64,000 bases of DNA, taken from positions 1 through 64,000 of the forward strand of contig NIVC01003767.1 of the NCBI GenBank assembly GCA_002269645.1, in the 5' to 3' direction. Positions within the stretch are counted from its first letter, which is position 1, and every line of letters begins with the position of its first letter. A program made the position numbers and the translations under genes. A model generated the notes under the pieces. That model was not told the origin of the DNA. It made no database searches and worked only from the letters and a program-made list of their open reading frames with translations. Source of the DNA: Macrostomum lignano (Eukaryota). Of this stretch, positions 23,617 to 34,007 are shown in pieces.

Positions 23617-26541
23617 TTCTTCTTCTTCTTCTTCCCTTTTGTCGCCGTGTGGCATGGGCAGTCTTCGGGGTCTCTCGTCAGCAGTCCTTGCAGGTGCGTA
23701 GGTGGCGTGCCATGTTCGTCGCGGCGAGCGTGCGCCCACAACCTTCGCATTGTTTAGTTTTCGCTCGGTACTTCCTCTCACCTCCCGGGGACCGTGTCTC
23801 TTCCCGCGTTGTACCGCAGGTTTTGCGGTGTCTCGCTAGGTTTGAGTTCGATATTTCTCGAGCACAGGTCGCGCATTTTACGCGGTTTCCTCCCACTTCT
23901 CTCTCTCCTCCGCAGACCTTTACGTGGTTTAACCACGTTGCCTCTTGTCTGAACTGCTTCTCGCATTTTACGCACTTGAACGTTACTGGTTCTTTTATCT
24001 TGCGGTGCATCCTCTTTTGGTGAATGGTCAGGCCTGCTTTGCTTTTGCACTCCTTTCCGCAGTCTTCGTATTCACATATGAATGTTCTTGTTTTCTCCTG
24101 TTTCTGTTTGTCGTTCCTTTCGATGTTCCTTGCTTCTGCCTTCTTTCCTTGTTGTTGTTCCCATCTCTTGAGGTGGCTTATGCGTTCTTGAACAATTTTA
24201 CGCCATTTCTGGCGGTCGGTTGCTAGTCTCTCTGTCATTTCCGGCTCGATCCCTGCTTGGCGTAGTAGTCGCTTCCAATATTCGATGGTGTTACCTTTTC
24301 TCTTACGTGTTTTCCTTATCTTTTCCAGACCCTTGTACCATCCGAGAACCATCTTTTTCGTTAGGCGGTTCGCCTCCATGCGAAGCACATGTCCGATGCG
24401 GATCAGGTGGCTCTTCTCAATCTTTGTTTGTATTGTCGTTACTTCTAGTTCATTGCGAATGTCCTGCATATTTATTCCTTTTGCCTCCATTTCCCTTAGT
24501 GGTTCCATTTTCCTGCTGCTCCATATCTGCCGGTAGATTCGGTCCATGAAGCTTTGTAGTTGCTTCGTTTCTGACTTCAGGAATGGGCGTATGTTCGCGT
24601 GGAATAGCAGGATGCTCTCTATACAGGCTTCAACGACCTTCGCTTGCGTGGTCTTTTTCAACCTGCACTTGATGAAACGTCTACGGATCGTCGACCAGCT
24701 TCTCGCCGCTTTTTGCAATCTCTGGCTCGTGTCGTACTTCGTGTCCGTCCATGATCCTAGCATGCGTACTTTTCCTCCCTCTCTGGTTCCGAATATCATT
24801 ACCTCTTGCTTTTTGTCGTTCGTTTGTTCTTCGAATCCTGCCATTATTTCTTTCGTCGACTCTAGGCCCGCGCTGAGTTCCTTGCGGTTGCCTAGGATAG
24901 TGGTGTCGTCTGCAAATAGAACTGTCCTGATGAGTTCGGTTTTGGTCTCCGAGTTTGGCTGGTTTCTTCGCTGAGGTGGGAGTGAGCTTCCTGGGAGGTA
25001 TGTCCATTCAATTCCACATATTTGCTCTTTCTCCTTTGCTGTTTGTGTTCTTTTCTCCTCAACTTCCCTGATGCATGCTTGGTGAAAGATATTAAATAGA
25101 ACTGGGGATGTCGGGCATCCTTCGCGTAGTCCTCTTTCTGGCAACCACGATTCACTGGACTGTTTCTTTCCTTTCACTTTATACTCCGTGTATTCATGAA
25201 GGTCCTTCAATTTGTCAATCACTTTTTCCGGCAGGGCGTACTTCTGTAGTATCCCCAAAGTACCGGTTTGCTGACTCTGGGGTATGCTTTCCGGAGGTCT
25301 AGGAGAAATGCTAGTTGGTCTTCTTCGAGGTTGCAGTCTCCTACGGCGTTTTTCGCCTGGCGGTATTCTGTTATGTCTTCTTGTATACGGATGATTATCT
25401 GGGTGCTGTCTGCCGTTGATCGGTTGGCTCTAAAGCCATTCTGATTGTCGTCAAGCGCCCCGACTCGTTCTGCCCAGTCCCGTAACCTTGAGGCGATGAT
25501 TCTTGCCAATATGCGACTTAGCATCGGCAGGAGGCACACTCCTCGGTAATTGTTAAGGTCGGTCCTGTCCCCTTTCTTAAAGAGTGGTATGATAAGGCCT
25601 ACCTTCTCACTGGCTTCCCAGTGCCACGCTCGGTGTTCGTATAGATATCGGATTCTTTCCCGGACAGCTTCTCTAACTTCTTCGGGCCCTTCCTTAAGGT
25701 AGCGCAGGCGTACTTCGTCCTCTCCCGGGCTTTTGTCCCTCATTTCTTTGATTGCTCTATCGATCTCCGCGTCGCTCGGTGTGTCGCTGAGTTCTTTGTA
25801 TTCTTCCTTGCTAATGGTTTTACTTCCCGCTGGGGTTTTGATGTTTCTAATGAGCTCTGCGATCTTCTCCGGTTCGTTCTCCATTCTTGTTTTCTGTATG
25901 TTTTCTAGGTGTTCCTTGAATTCTTGTTCGTCGATATTCGTGCCTCTTTCACTATTGTTGAAGGCCGTGCCTCTTTTGTCTAGGAGTCGGAGTTTGTCGT
26001 ATACCAACGCTATTTGTCCTTTGTCTGCTGCGTTTCTACATTCGTCGGCCAGTTGATCCCACCACTGTTCTTCCCACTCACTCACCGTGTTTTTTGGGTT
26101 TTTCGTGTTTTTCTCAGCGCCTCTTCTGCTCTCTTCGTCTGCTCGCTTCTCGGGCCGTGGGTTTCCCTGGCCCTGTTCCTCTGTTGGAGTCTTACAGCCA
26201 ATTCTTCGTGCAGCCTCTTTAGGTCGTTTTCGTGGGATGACATCCACGGATTTGTTTGTCGGTTCGCTGGTCCGCAAATCGACTTTGCACTCTCCACGAT
26301 TATTCTTTGCACTTCTGTCCATGGTGCTTGTTCTCTTTCCTCCTTGTTCTCCTTCCACGTTTGCATTCTTCTTTCCAACTCTTTTTTGAATTTCGTTGCG
26401 TTCTCTTCGTCATAGAGCTTCTTCCAGTTGATGCCTTGATTACTTCTCCTGTACAGTCTTTTTGCGTTCGGTCTTTTTCCTGTGTCGGCTACGCCCCTGA
26501 TTATTAATGTCTTTGGGATGTGGTCGGACAGTGCACAGCCG
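23617..26541 (-). mobile_element. RTE-like LINE, 5'-truncated, nested antisense in the I/Ingi-like RT
   Basis: Starts at the APE C-terminal SDH motif; RT motifs NNYRGVCLL, QNGFR, DLRKAYPRV, GLREGCPTSPVLFN, LFADD; four C-terminal C2H2/C2HC fingers; short 3' UTR and (GAA)6 tail at 23617-23634; two frameshifts (~26100, ~25250). Confidence 0.9.
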
Positions 26542-28389
26542 TTATCACCGCTGCTCTTCATCGTCTTCATCAATGACCTGTTGAAAGAGCTGCAAGAGAT
26601 CGAGGGCCTTCGGCTGAGTGGGTTCGCGGACGATTTGGCGACGTGGACTAGCGGCAACAAGATGGAGCGGCTGATGGAGGTCCAGGCGGAAGCGGCGGCG
26701 CAGGTGGAAAGCTGGAGCGACAGGTGGCTGCTGCCTCTCTCGGCGGGCAAGTGTTCCCTGACCTGCTTCAGCACCCAAAAGCAAGAAGTCGAGCCGCTAG
26801 AGCATGATGTGCGCCTGGGAGGCAGACCGCTGACGTGGTGCCGTGAGCCACGGTTCCTTGGCCTCACCTACGACAGGCGACTCACGTTCAAGATGCACTT
26901 GAACGGAGTCATCGCGGAAGGTAGGAAGAAGCTGGCGCTACTTCGGCAGGTGTCGAGCAGCAGCTGGGGCTGGGACCTGAAGCTGGGCAGGCAGACCTAT
27001 GTGGCCTTGATGCAGAGCCGGCTACTGTACGGTGCTCCTGCCTGGACGCCCTGGCTCGCGAACGTGGACTGGCAGCGGCTGGAGGTTTTGCAGAGGTGCG
27101 CGGCGAGGATTATGACGGGAGCGGTGGCTACTACCCCGGTTGAGGCCCTGCAAGCGGAGAGCGGACTGGTGCCCGTGCGTCAGATTTGTCAGGCGCGCTG
27201 GGCGGCGAAGCTGGATCGATGGCGCAGGCACAAGACGGAGGACAGCAGACGGCGTCTGGCCGACTCTCGACCCAGGCAGCGACTGTCGAGGCGGGGCTGG
27301 CGGAGTCAGGCGGAGGAGCTGCTTGTTAGGGCGAGTATGGTGGTGGCGCCGTTGGAGGAACGACCGCTGGAGAAGCCGTGGAGAAGAGGCCAGGAGGCAG
27401 TGGTGCAGGCACTCGGGAAGAGAGAGGGAGTGGCGGAGGAAGACAAGAGGAAGGCGCTGGAAAGAATTGGACTGCTGATGGAGCAGAGGAGGCCAGACTG
27501 CATCATTTACACCGATGGGTCTGTGAAAAACGGCAAAGGAGGGGCGGGAGCGGTGGTGTGCGCTCCGAGAGACAATGACCGGGAGGGCAAGCGGACGGTG
27601 CTAGCCGAGCTGAGAGCGCCGGCGGGCTCACCTTGCTCATCCACGCAGGCGGAGCTCAGGGCCATTCTGCTGGGATTGAGGTGGATGGAGGAGGAGTTGC
27701 GGGACGGGCAGGCGGCTGTGATGATCAGCGACAGCCAAAGCGGGCTGGCAGCCATTGCGAGGAGTGGCAAGAACCCGCTGGCCGCGGAGGCCCGTTGCAG
27801 GCTGGAGAGGCTGGGAGAGACGGGCATTGAGGTGCAGCTGGGTTGGGTGGCGGGACATAGCGGCTTGTGGGGGAATGAAGCGGCGGACAAGGTGGCAGGC
27901 GAGGCGACGCAATTAGACCAAGGCGGTGTTGGAGTCCTCTCCAGTACGGTGGCGCGTGAGCTCAGTCAGTGGCTGCGAAGGCAGGAGGAGTGGAAGCATG
28001 ACCGGAGCAAAGCGACCTACGGTGCTAAGGGCAGGAAGCCGCCGGAGCTACCGTTTCGCAGCAGGGAGGAGGCCGTTCGCTTCAGGCGTTTCCGGACGGG
28101 TCACTCGCTGGACCTGGCCGGGTACCGAGCCAAGCTGGGCAAGGACGGCAGTGCGGCGTGCAGGGCGTGCGAGGAGGAGGTGGAGACAGTGGAGCACATA
28201 TGCAACTGTTTGGCGCTTGCGAGAGGTAGAAGGCGGTACGGGATTGAGGGCGTCAGTAGCCTTACGGACACCACGGCGCGGCCGTTGGAGTTCTGGAGGT
28301 GGCTCCAGGGGTTGCGGCCGGTGGTGGTGGTGGAGTGGCCGGGAGAACCGCCCCCGGATTTGTCAGCTTAAACAACAACAACAACAACA
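26542..28389 (+). mobile_element. I/Ingi-like LINE, 3' part (RT C-half, RNase H, Cys/His domain)
   Basis: Resumes LSPLLFIVFIND...FADD...FLGLTYD; RNase H YTDGS, AELRAI, SDSQS, WVAGHSGLWGNEAAD; stop at 28371 followed directly by (ACA)6. Confidence 0.95.
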
Positions 28390-28492
28390 GCAGCAGCAGC
28401 AGGCGAAACAGCAGCAGCAGCAGCCGCAACAGCAGCAGCAGCAGCCGCAACAGTAGCAGCAGCAGCAGCCGCAGCAGCAGCAGCAGTAGCAA
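28390..28492 (+). repeat. (CAG)n/CCGCAA repeat, last block
   Basis: Same motifs as the 22087 block. Confidence 0.95.
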
Positions 28493-28949
28493 TACCAAAC
28501 CGAGCGTAATATAATATTTTCCTAACGTTATATGTAACATTTCATATTACAGTGTTTTTTAATAACATAATAAGAACGGTAATTGAATAATATTGTATAC
28601 ATAATTTTAATATAATATGTAAAAATTATAAAAGTTTGTAAATAGAAATTACTATACATTTTTCATACATTTTCAGAACAAAAATGTCACTTGTTTCAGT
28701 AATTTCGACGCGTAGAATCGAAATATGATGGTCTCGAGACTGTGCGACGCAAGCTAAACTATCTTTTCCCGCAAAGTTAAATTTACCCTTCACCATTACA
28801 GTGCCTGGAGGTACCCTGAGACTTTTAGACTATTAAACCAAATAAATTGAGGACGAAAACTCGATTGCAGAAAGCAATTTTGCCCGAGACACTTTGAATA
28901 AACCAATAAGGTAGATAAAAGAGCTCTGGATGTTTTCTCTCGATTTTAC

Positions 28950-29295
28950 CCTAGTCTCACCCCGAGATAATGCCTTCTTCTAGGAGTCTCATAGGGTTTG
29001 AAAAAATCTCACTGCCGTAGATGAAGCTTTAGTAGCTCGAAAACTATTTCATTATGTAATTTAGGTCACCACGAGATGAATTCAACTTAATCTCACCCTA
29101 GAATTATGCTGTCTTATTGGAGTCTCATGGGGTTAGAAAAAATCTCACCCAAATGGATGACGCAATATTGACTTGAAATCTATTTTAAATCTTATTGTGG
29201 TTAACCACGAGATGACTGCACCCCAGTCTCACCCCCAAATTATGCTGTCTTATGAGAGTCTCACAGAAATCTTAAAAAATCTCAAAAAATCTCAA
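28950..29295 (+). repeat. Degenerate ~137-bp tandem repeat, three copies
   Basis: TCTCACCC..AATTATGCTGTCTTAT..GAGTCTCA..AAAAATCTCA at about 28953, 29091 and 29226. Confidence 0.7.
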
Positions 29296-29901
29296 AACTT
29301 TTTTTTGCTCTATAATGTGCGTCGTTCATCACTGAGTCGATTGGACCCCTATCTCATACCTCGGAAATGTCGTCTTCGATGAATCTCACGGTCTTAAAGG
29401 CCAAAAATCGAAGTTTAAAAAAATCTGGGTGTGTAGTTCATCATTGCGATCCTTAGTGATTCAATTTTGTTAAAAATGGGGGCTCTGGAGGTTATTGTAA
29501 AAAAGTTGGCCGCGGAGAATAAAAAAGTGGACATTGTCTTAAAAGTCTTAGTTTTACCTGCTGAGTCCATCTGACCCTAGTCTCATACCTTCCGGACGTA
29601 CTGGAAACCCGATTGGCACTAGATTGTGAGATCTGAAAAATCTTAGGTGAGATTAGTATATTACCCCACAAAAAATTCTCCTGAGCTTCTGGAAGAATTC
29701 TAACAGAGATAGAGACGTGAGATTAGTGCGAAAGGCATGTAAACCCTGATTGGGAGACTGATACACTACACATGGGAGATTGATACACATTTATGGGAGA
29801 TTGATACACTTTTGGGAGATGTATACACTAAAGAGTAGTCCAAACCCCAAAAGTGTAATACCCTCCCCAACCCTAAGTGTATCAGTCTCCACTTGGCCGA
29901 C

Positions 29902-30027
29902 CCCTAACCCTAACCCTAACCCTAACTTAACCCTAACCCTAATGTTGCAACAATGTTGCAACAACCCTAACCTAACGTCACGTTAGGGTTGACGCCAGCC
30001 CTAACCCTAACTTAACCATAACCCTAA
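29902..30027 (+). repeat. Interstitial telomere-like (CCCTAA)n tract with internal palindromes
   Basis: CCCTAA/CTTAA units, TGTTGCAACA twice, and CTAACG-TCA-CGTTAG hairpin. Confidence 0.85.
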
Positions 30028-30194
30028 TTGACGCTAGGCCTGCTAGTTATATTGATGCACTTTAGACTTCATTCAATTTCGATTAATGCACTTTCGAAAC
30101 CCATATACTCGGTGTTACTTCGTTTGATTGTCTATGGTAAAATCGTTCATGCAATTCGGCTCTCATACGCCCCATATGCTGAGTTTAGTTGTGC

Positions 30195-32488
30195 AGATTG
30201 GCTCCCGTAAGCTTGAACTGTCAGAAATGCTTTTACTCTTTGCTTCAGATGAAAATTCCAGTCTGAGTAACAGTGTGTCAAAAGTGCTCCTGCAAAACGG
30301 CTCTTATAAGCCGCAGTGTGTCAAAATGGCTCCCATAAGCCACAGTGTGTCAAAACGGCTCCCAAAAGAATCTATATATCAAAAGTGCTCATGCAAAACG
30401 GCTCCCATAAGCCGCAGTGTGTCAAAATGGCTCCCATAAGCAACAGTGTGACAAAACGGCTCCCATAAGAATCAGTATGTCAAAACGGCTCCCATAAGAA
30501 TCAGTGGCTTGTGCAAATTGGCTCCCATAAGCCGCAGTGTGTCAAAATGGCTCCCATAAGAATCAGTATATCAATTTGGCTCCCATAAGAATCAGTATAT
30601 CAATTTGGCTCCCATAAGAATCAGATGTCAAAACGGCTTCCATAAGAATCAATGGCTCGTGCAATTTGACTCCCATAAGCCGCAGTCTGTCAATTTGGCT
30701 CCCATAAGCAACAGTGTGTCAAAACGGCTCCCATAAGAATCTATATATCAAAAGTGCTTATGCAAAATGGCTCCCATAAGCAACAGTGTGTCAAAATGGC
30801 TCCCATAAGCTAGTGTGTCAAAACGGCTCCCATAAGAATCAGTGTGTCAAAATGGCTCCCATAAGCAACAGTGTGTCAAAACGGCTCCCATAAGAATCAG
30901 TATGTCAAAACGGCTCCCATAAGAATCAGTGGCTTGTGCAAATTGGCTCCCATAAGCCGCAGTGTGTCAAAATGGCTCCCATAAGAATCAGTATATCAAT
31001 TTGGCTCCCATAAGCCGCAGTCTGTCAATTTGGCTCCCATAAGCAACAGTGTGTCAAAACGGCTCCCATAAGAATCTATATATCAAAAGTGCTCATGCAA
31101 AACGGCTCCCATAAGCCGCAGTGTGTCAAAATGGCTCCCATAAGCAACAGTGTGTCAAAACGGCTCCCATAAGAATCAGTATGTCAAAACGGCTCCCATA
31201 AGAATCAGTGGCTTGTGCAAATTGGCTCCCATAAGCCGCAGTGTGTCAAAATGGCTCCCATAAGAATCAGTATATCAATTTGGCTCCCATAAGAATCAGT
31301 ATATCAATTTGGCTCCCATAAGAATCAGATGTCAAAACGGCTTCCATAAGAATCAATGGCTCGTGCAATTTGGCTCCCATAAGCCGCAGTCTGTCAATTT
31401 GGCTCCCATAAGCAACAGTGTGTCAAAACGGCTCCCATAAGAATCTATATATCAAAAGTGCTTATGCAAAATGGCTCCCATAAGCAACAGTGTGTCAAAA
31501 TGGCTCCCATAAGCTAGTGTGTCAAAACGGCTCCCATAAGAATCAGTGTGTCAAAATGGCTCCCATAAGCAACAGTGTGTCAAAACGGCTCCCATAAGAA
31601 TCTATATATCAAAAGTGCTCATGCAAAACGGCTCCCATAAGCCGCAGTGTGTCAAAATGGCTCCCATAAGCAACAGTGTGTCAAAACGGCTCCCATAAGA
31701 ATCAGTATGTCAAAACGGCTCCCATAAGAATCAGTGGCTTGTGCAAATTGGCTCCCATAAGCCGCAGTGTGTCAAAATGGCTCCCATAAGAATCAGTATA
31801 TCAATTTGGCTCCCATAAGAATCAGATGTCAAAACGGCTTCCATAAGAATCAATGGCTCGTGCAATTTGGCTCCCATAAGCCGCAGTCTGTCAATTTGGC
31901 TCCCATAAGCAACAGTGTGTCAAAACGGCTCCCATAAGAATCTATATATCAAAAGTGCTCATGCAAAACGGCTCCCATAAGCCGCAGTGTGTCAAAATGG
32001 CTCCCATAAGCAACAGTGTGTCAAAACGGCTCCCATAAGAATCAGTATGTCAAAACGGCTCCCATAAGAATCAGTGGCTTGTGCAAATTGGCTCCCATAA
32101 GCCGCAGTGTGTCAAAATGGCTCCCATAAGAATCAGTATATCAATTTGGCTCCCATAAGAATCAGATGTCAAAACGGCTTCCATAAGAATCAATGGCTCG
32201 TGCAATTTGGCTCCCATAAGCCGCAGTCTGTCAATTTGGCTCCCATAAGCAACAGTGTGTCAAAACGGCTCCCATAAGAATCTATATATCAAAAGTGCTT
32301 ATGCAAAATGGCTCCCATAAGCAACAGTGTGTCAAAATGGCTCCCATAAGCTAGTGTGTCAAAACGGCTCCCATAAGAATCAGTGTGTCAAAATGGCTCC
32401 CATAAGCAACAGTGTGTCAAAACGGCTCCCATAAGAATCTATATATCAAAAGTGCTCATGCAAAACGGCTCCCATAAGCAACAGTGTG
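30195..32488 (+). repeat. Satellite array, ~27-37-bp monomers with core GGCTCCCATAAG and higher-order structure
   Basis: Roughly 70 monomers; the TCTATATATCAAAAGTG variant recurs at 31601, 31941 and 32281 (340-bp period). Confidence 0.97.
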
Positions 32489-33339
32489 TGTGACGTTGTC
32501 AGTTTAAAGTGGTCCCGTAAAAGGGCCGTTGGACTGCAGCTCCTCTACAATTCCTCCAATCGTTTATTTTAACGTTTACTTGTAGTAGTGCCCAATGAAT
32601 CTGTGCCTAATGTCGCTAATTCACTGCGCGTTTTGCTATCCTTTCATGCGACCGTAGAAAACTTGCACGATCGATAATTTTAAGTTCTTTAGCCAGCCAA
32701 TGAAACCGCTCGTGCTTCGCGCTACCCCCCTCTGCGTTCCTTTATTAAACCCTGCCTGGCAGGCTGGGGGCCTCCTCGCGGTCTAGCCTGTTTTAGCTGT
32801 CTAGCCTGTTTAGCTGTTTAGGCTTCTCGGCCTCTTGGCGTCTTGTTTTTCCTCTCTTGTCTGGCTGCCTCGAGCCTCCTTATCTCTCGCCACGGCCCCT
32901 CTGTCTGGGCCAGCCTGTTTACACTACTTCACTGTGTTCCGCCACGGCTAACGCCAATCTCGCCACTACTCATCTGCCTACCTACTGCTACTCACTGCCT
33001 TCACCGTGCTCATCGCCATTGCTCATCACGTTGCGTCGCCATTGCATCATTCGTCTGCCACTCGACTTCATATTCTATTGCTTTCAAAACCATTGTTGCA
33101 GCCGCCGATGCCCAGAACGCTATAAGCTTGCATTGACATTAGTAACCAAGTTTAATATTGATCTCAACAAATAAAACAACCACGGCAGTTTCCTGCCTTT
33201 ATCGCCAAGTGCTCCGCTACACAATCCGCTTTATAAGAATTGACTTCGATTCATTTTGGGACTACGACTTACGGTAACTCTCGTCAAAACGGCCCTTTTA
33301 AGGGTCATAGCCATAGCCACTACGTCAATAATCGTGACA
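32489..33339 (+). repeat. 5' LTR
   Basis: About 98% identical to 39609-40459 by eye; AATAAA near 33170. Confidence 0.96.
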
Positions 33340-33346
33340 TTAATTT

Positions 33347-33363
33347 TGGAGGTCCCACCGAGA
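33347..33363 (+). promoter_or_regulatory. Primer binding site, tRNA-Gln-like
   Basis: TGGAGGTCCCACCGAGA is complementary to the 3' end ...TCTCGGTGGGACCT-CCA of metazoan tRNA-Gln, as recalled from knowledge. Confidence 0.8.
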
Positions 33364-33670
33364 CTCCTGCTCAGCACTGCCGGCTTGCAACTAAGCGCCA
33401 CCGAGACTCCTGCTCAGCACTGCCGGCTCGCAACTAAATCAGTGCCATCAAGACTTCTGCTCAGCCCTGCCAGCTCGTAATCAGTGCCACCAAGACTTCT
33501 GTTCAGCTCTGCCGGCTCGTGACTGGGTGCCGGCCTGCCACGTCTGAGTGTCGGTCCGCAAGGCTGCGAGAGCCTGTGCCACGTCTCTAAGGGTCGGTCC
33601 GCAAGGCTGCGAGAGCCTGTGCCACGTCTCTGAGGGTCGGTCCGCAAGGCTGCGAGAGCCTGTGCCACGT
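33356..33670 (+). repeat. Two short tandem arrays (~42-46 bp) in the Gypsy 5' leader
   Basis: Four CCACCGAGACTCCTGCTCAGCACTGCCGG-like units, then three TGCCACGTCT..GGTCGGTCCGCAAGGCTGCGAGAGCCTG units. Confidence 0.9.
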
Positions 33671-34007
33671 CAGGCCCAGGGGTCCTGATCGTCGCTGGTC
33701 ATCGCCCTGAGCAACGCGCGCTGTCAACTGCGTTGAGCTCGAGCTTACGCTCTGCCAAGATAGCTCCGCTGCGTGTGCCAAGCCCCGCCAGGTTACGCCG
33801 TGCGCTGATTGTTTGTAGGGACTATTGCCTGACAGTTAGTCTGGGTGGTTTGCGTGATAGGACTCTCCCCTATACTAGGCTTTTTGTGGTTTGCCCCTGT
33901 CAGGCGTATTTTGTCATTAGGACGCAATCTCTCTCACCTCTCTCGCGTCATCAGCCTCAATTCGTTTTCTCTGGAATCTTATTTTCATTCACGCTCAATC
34001 TTGCACC

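Noticed and set aside
29902-30027. True telomere or chromosome fusion site
   Set aside because: Only about 125 bp, degenerate and embedded among repeats.
30195-32488. CRISPR-like array (constant GGCTCCCATAAG with variable intervening sequence)
   Set aside because: The intervening sequences are short and reused many times in higher-order patterns, there are no cas genes, and the context is eukaryotic; it is a satellite.
32843-33174. 97- and 105-aa ORFs found four times
   Set aside because: They lie within the LTRs and recur only because the LTRs recur.
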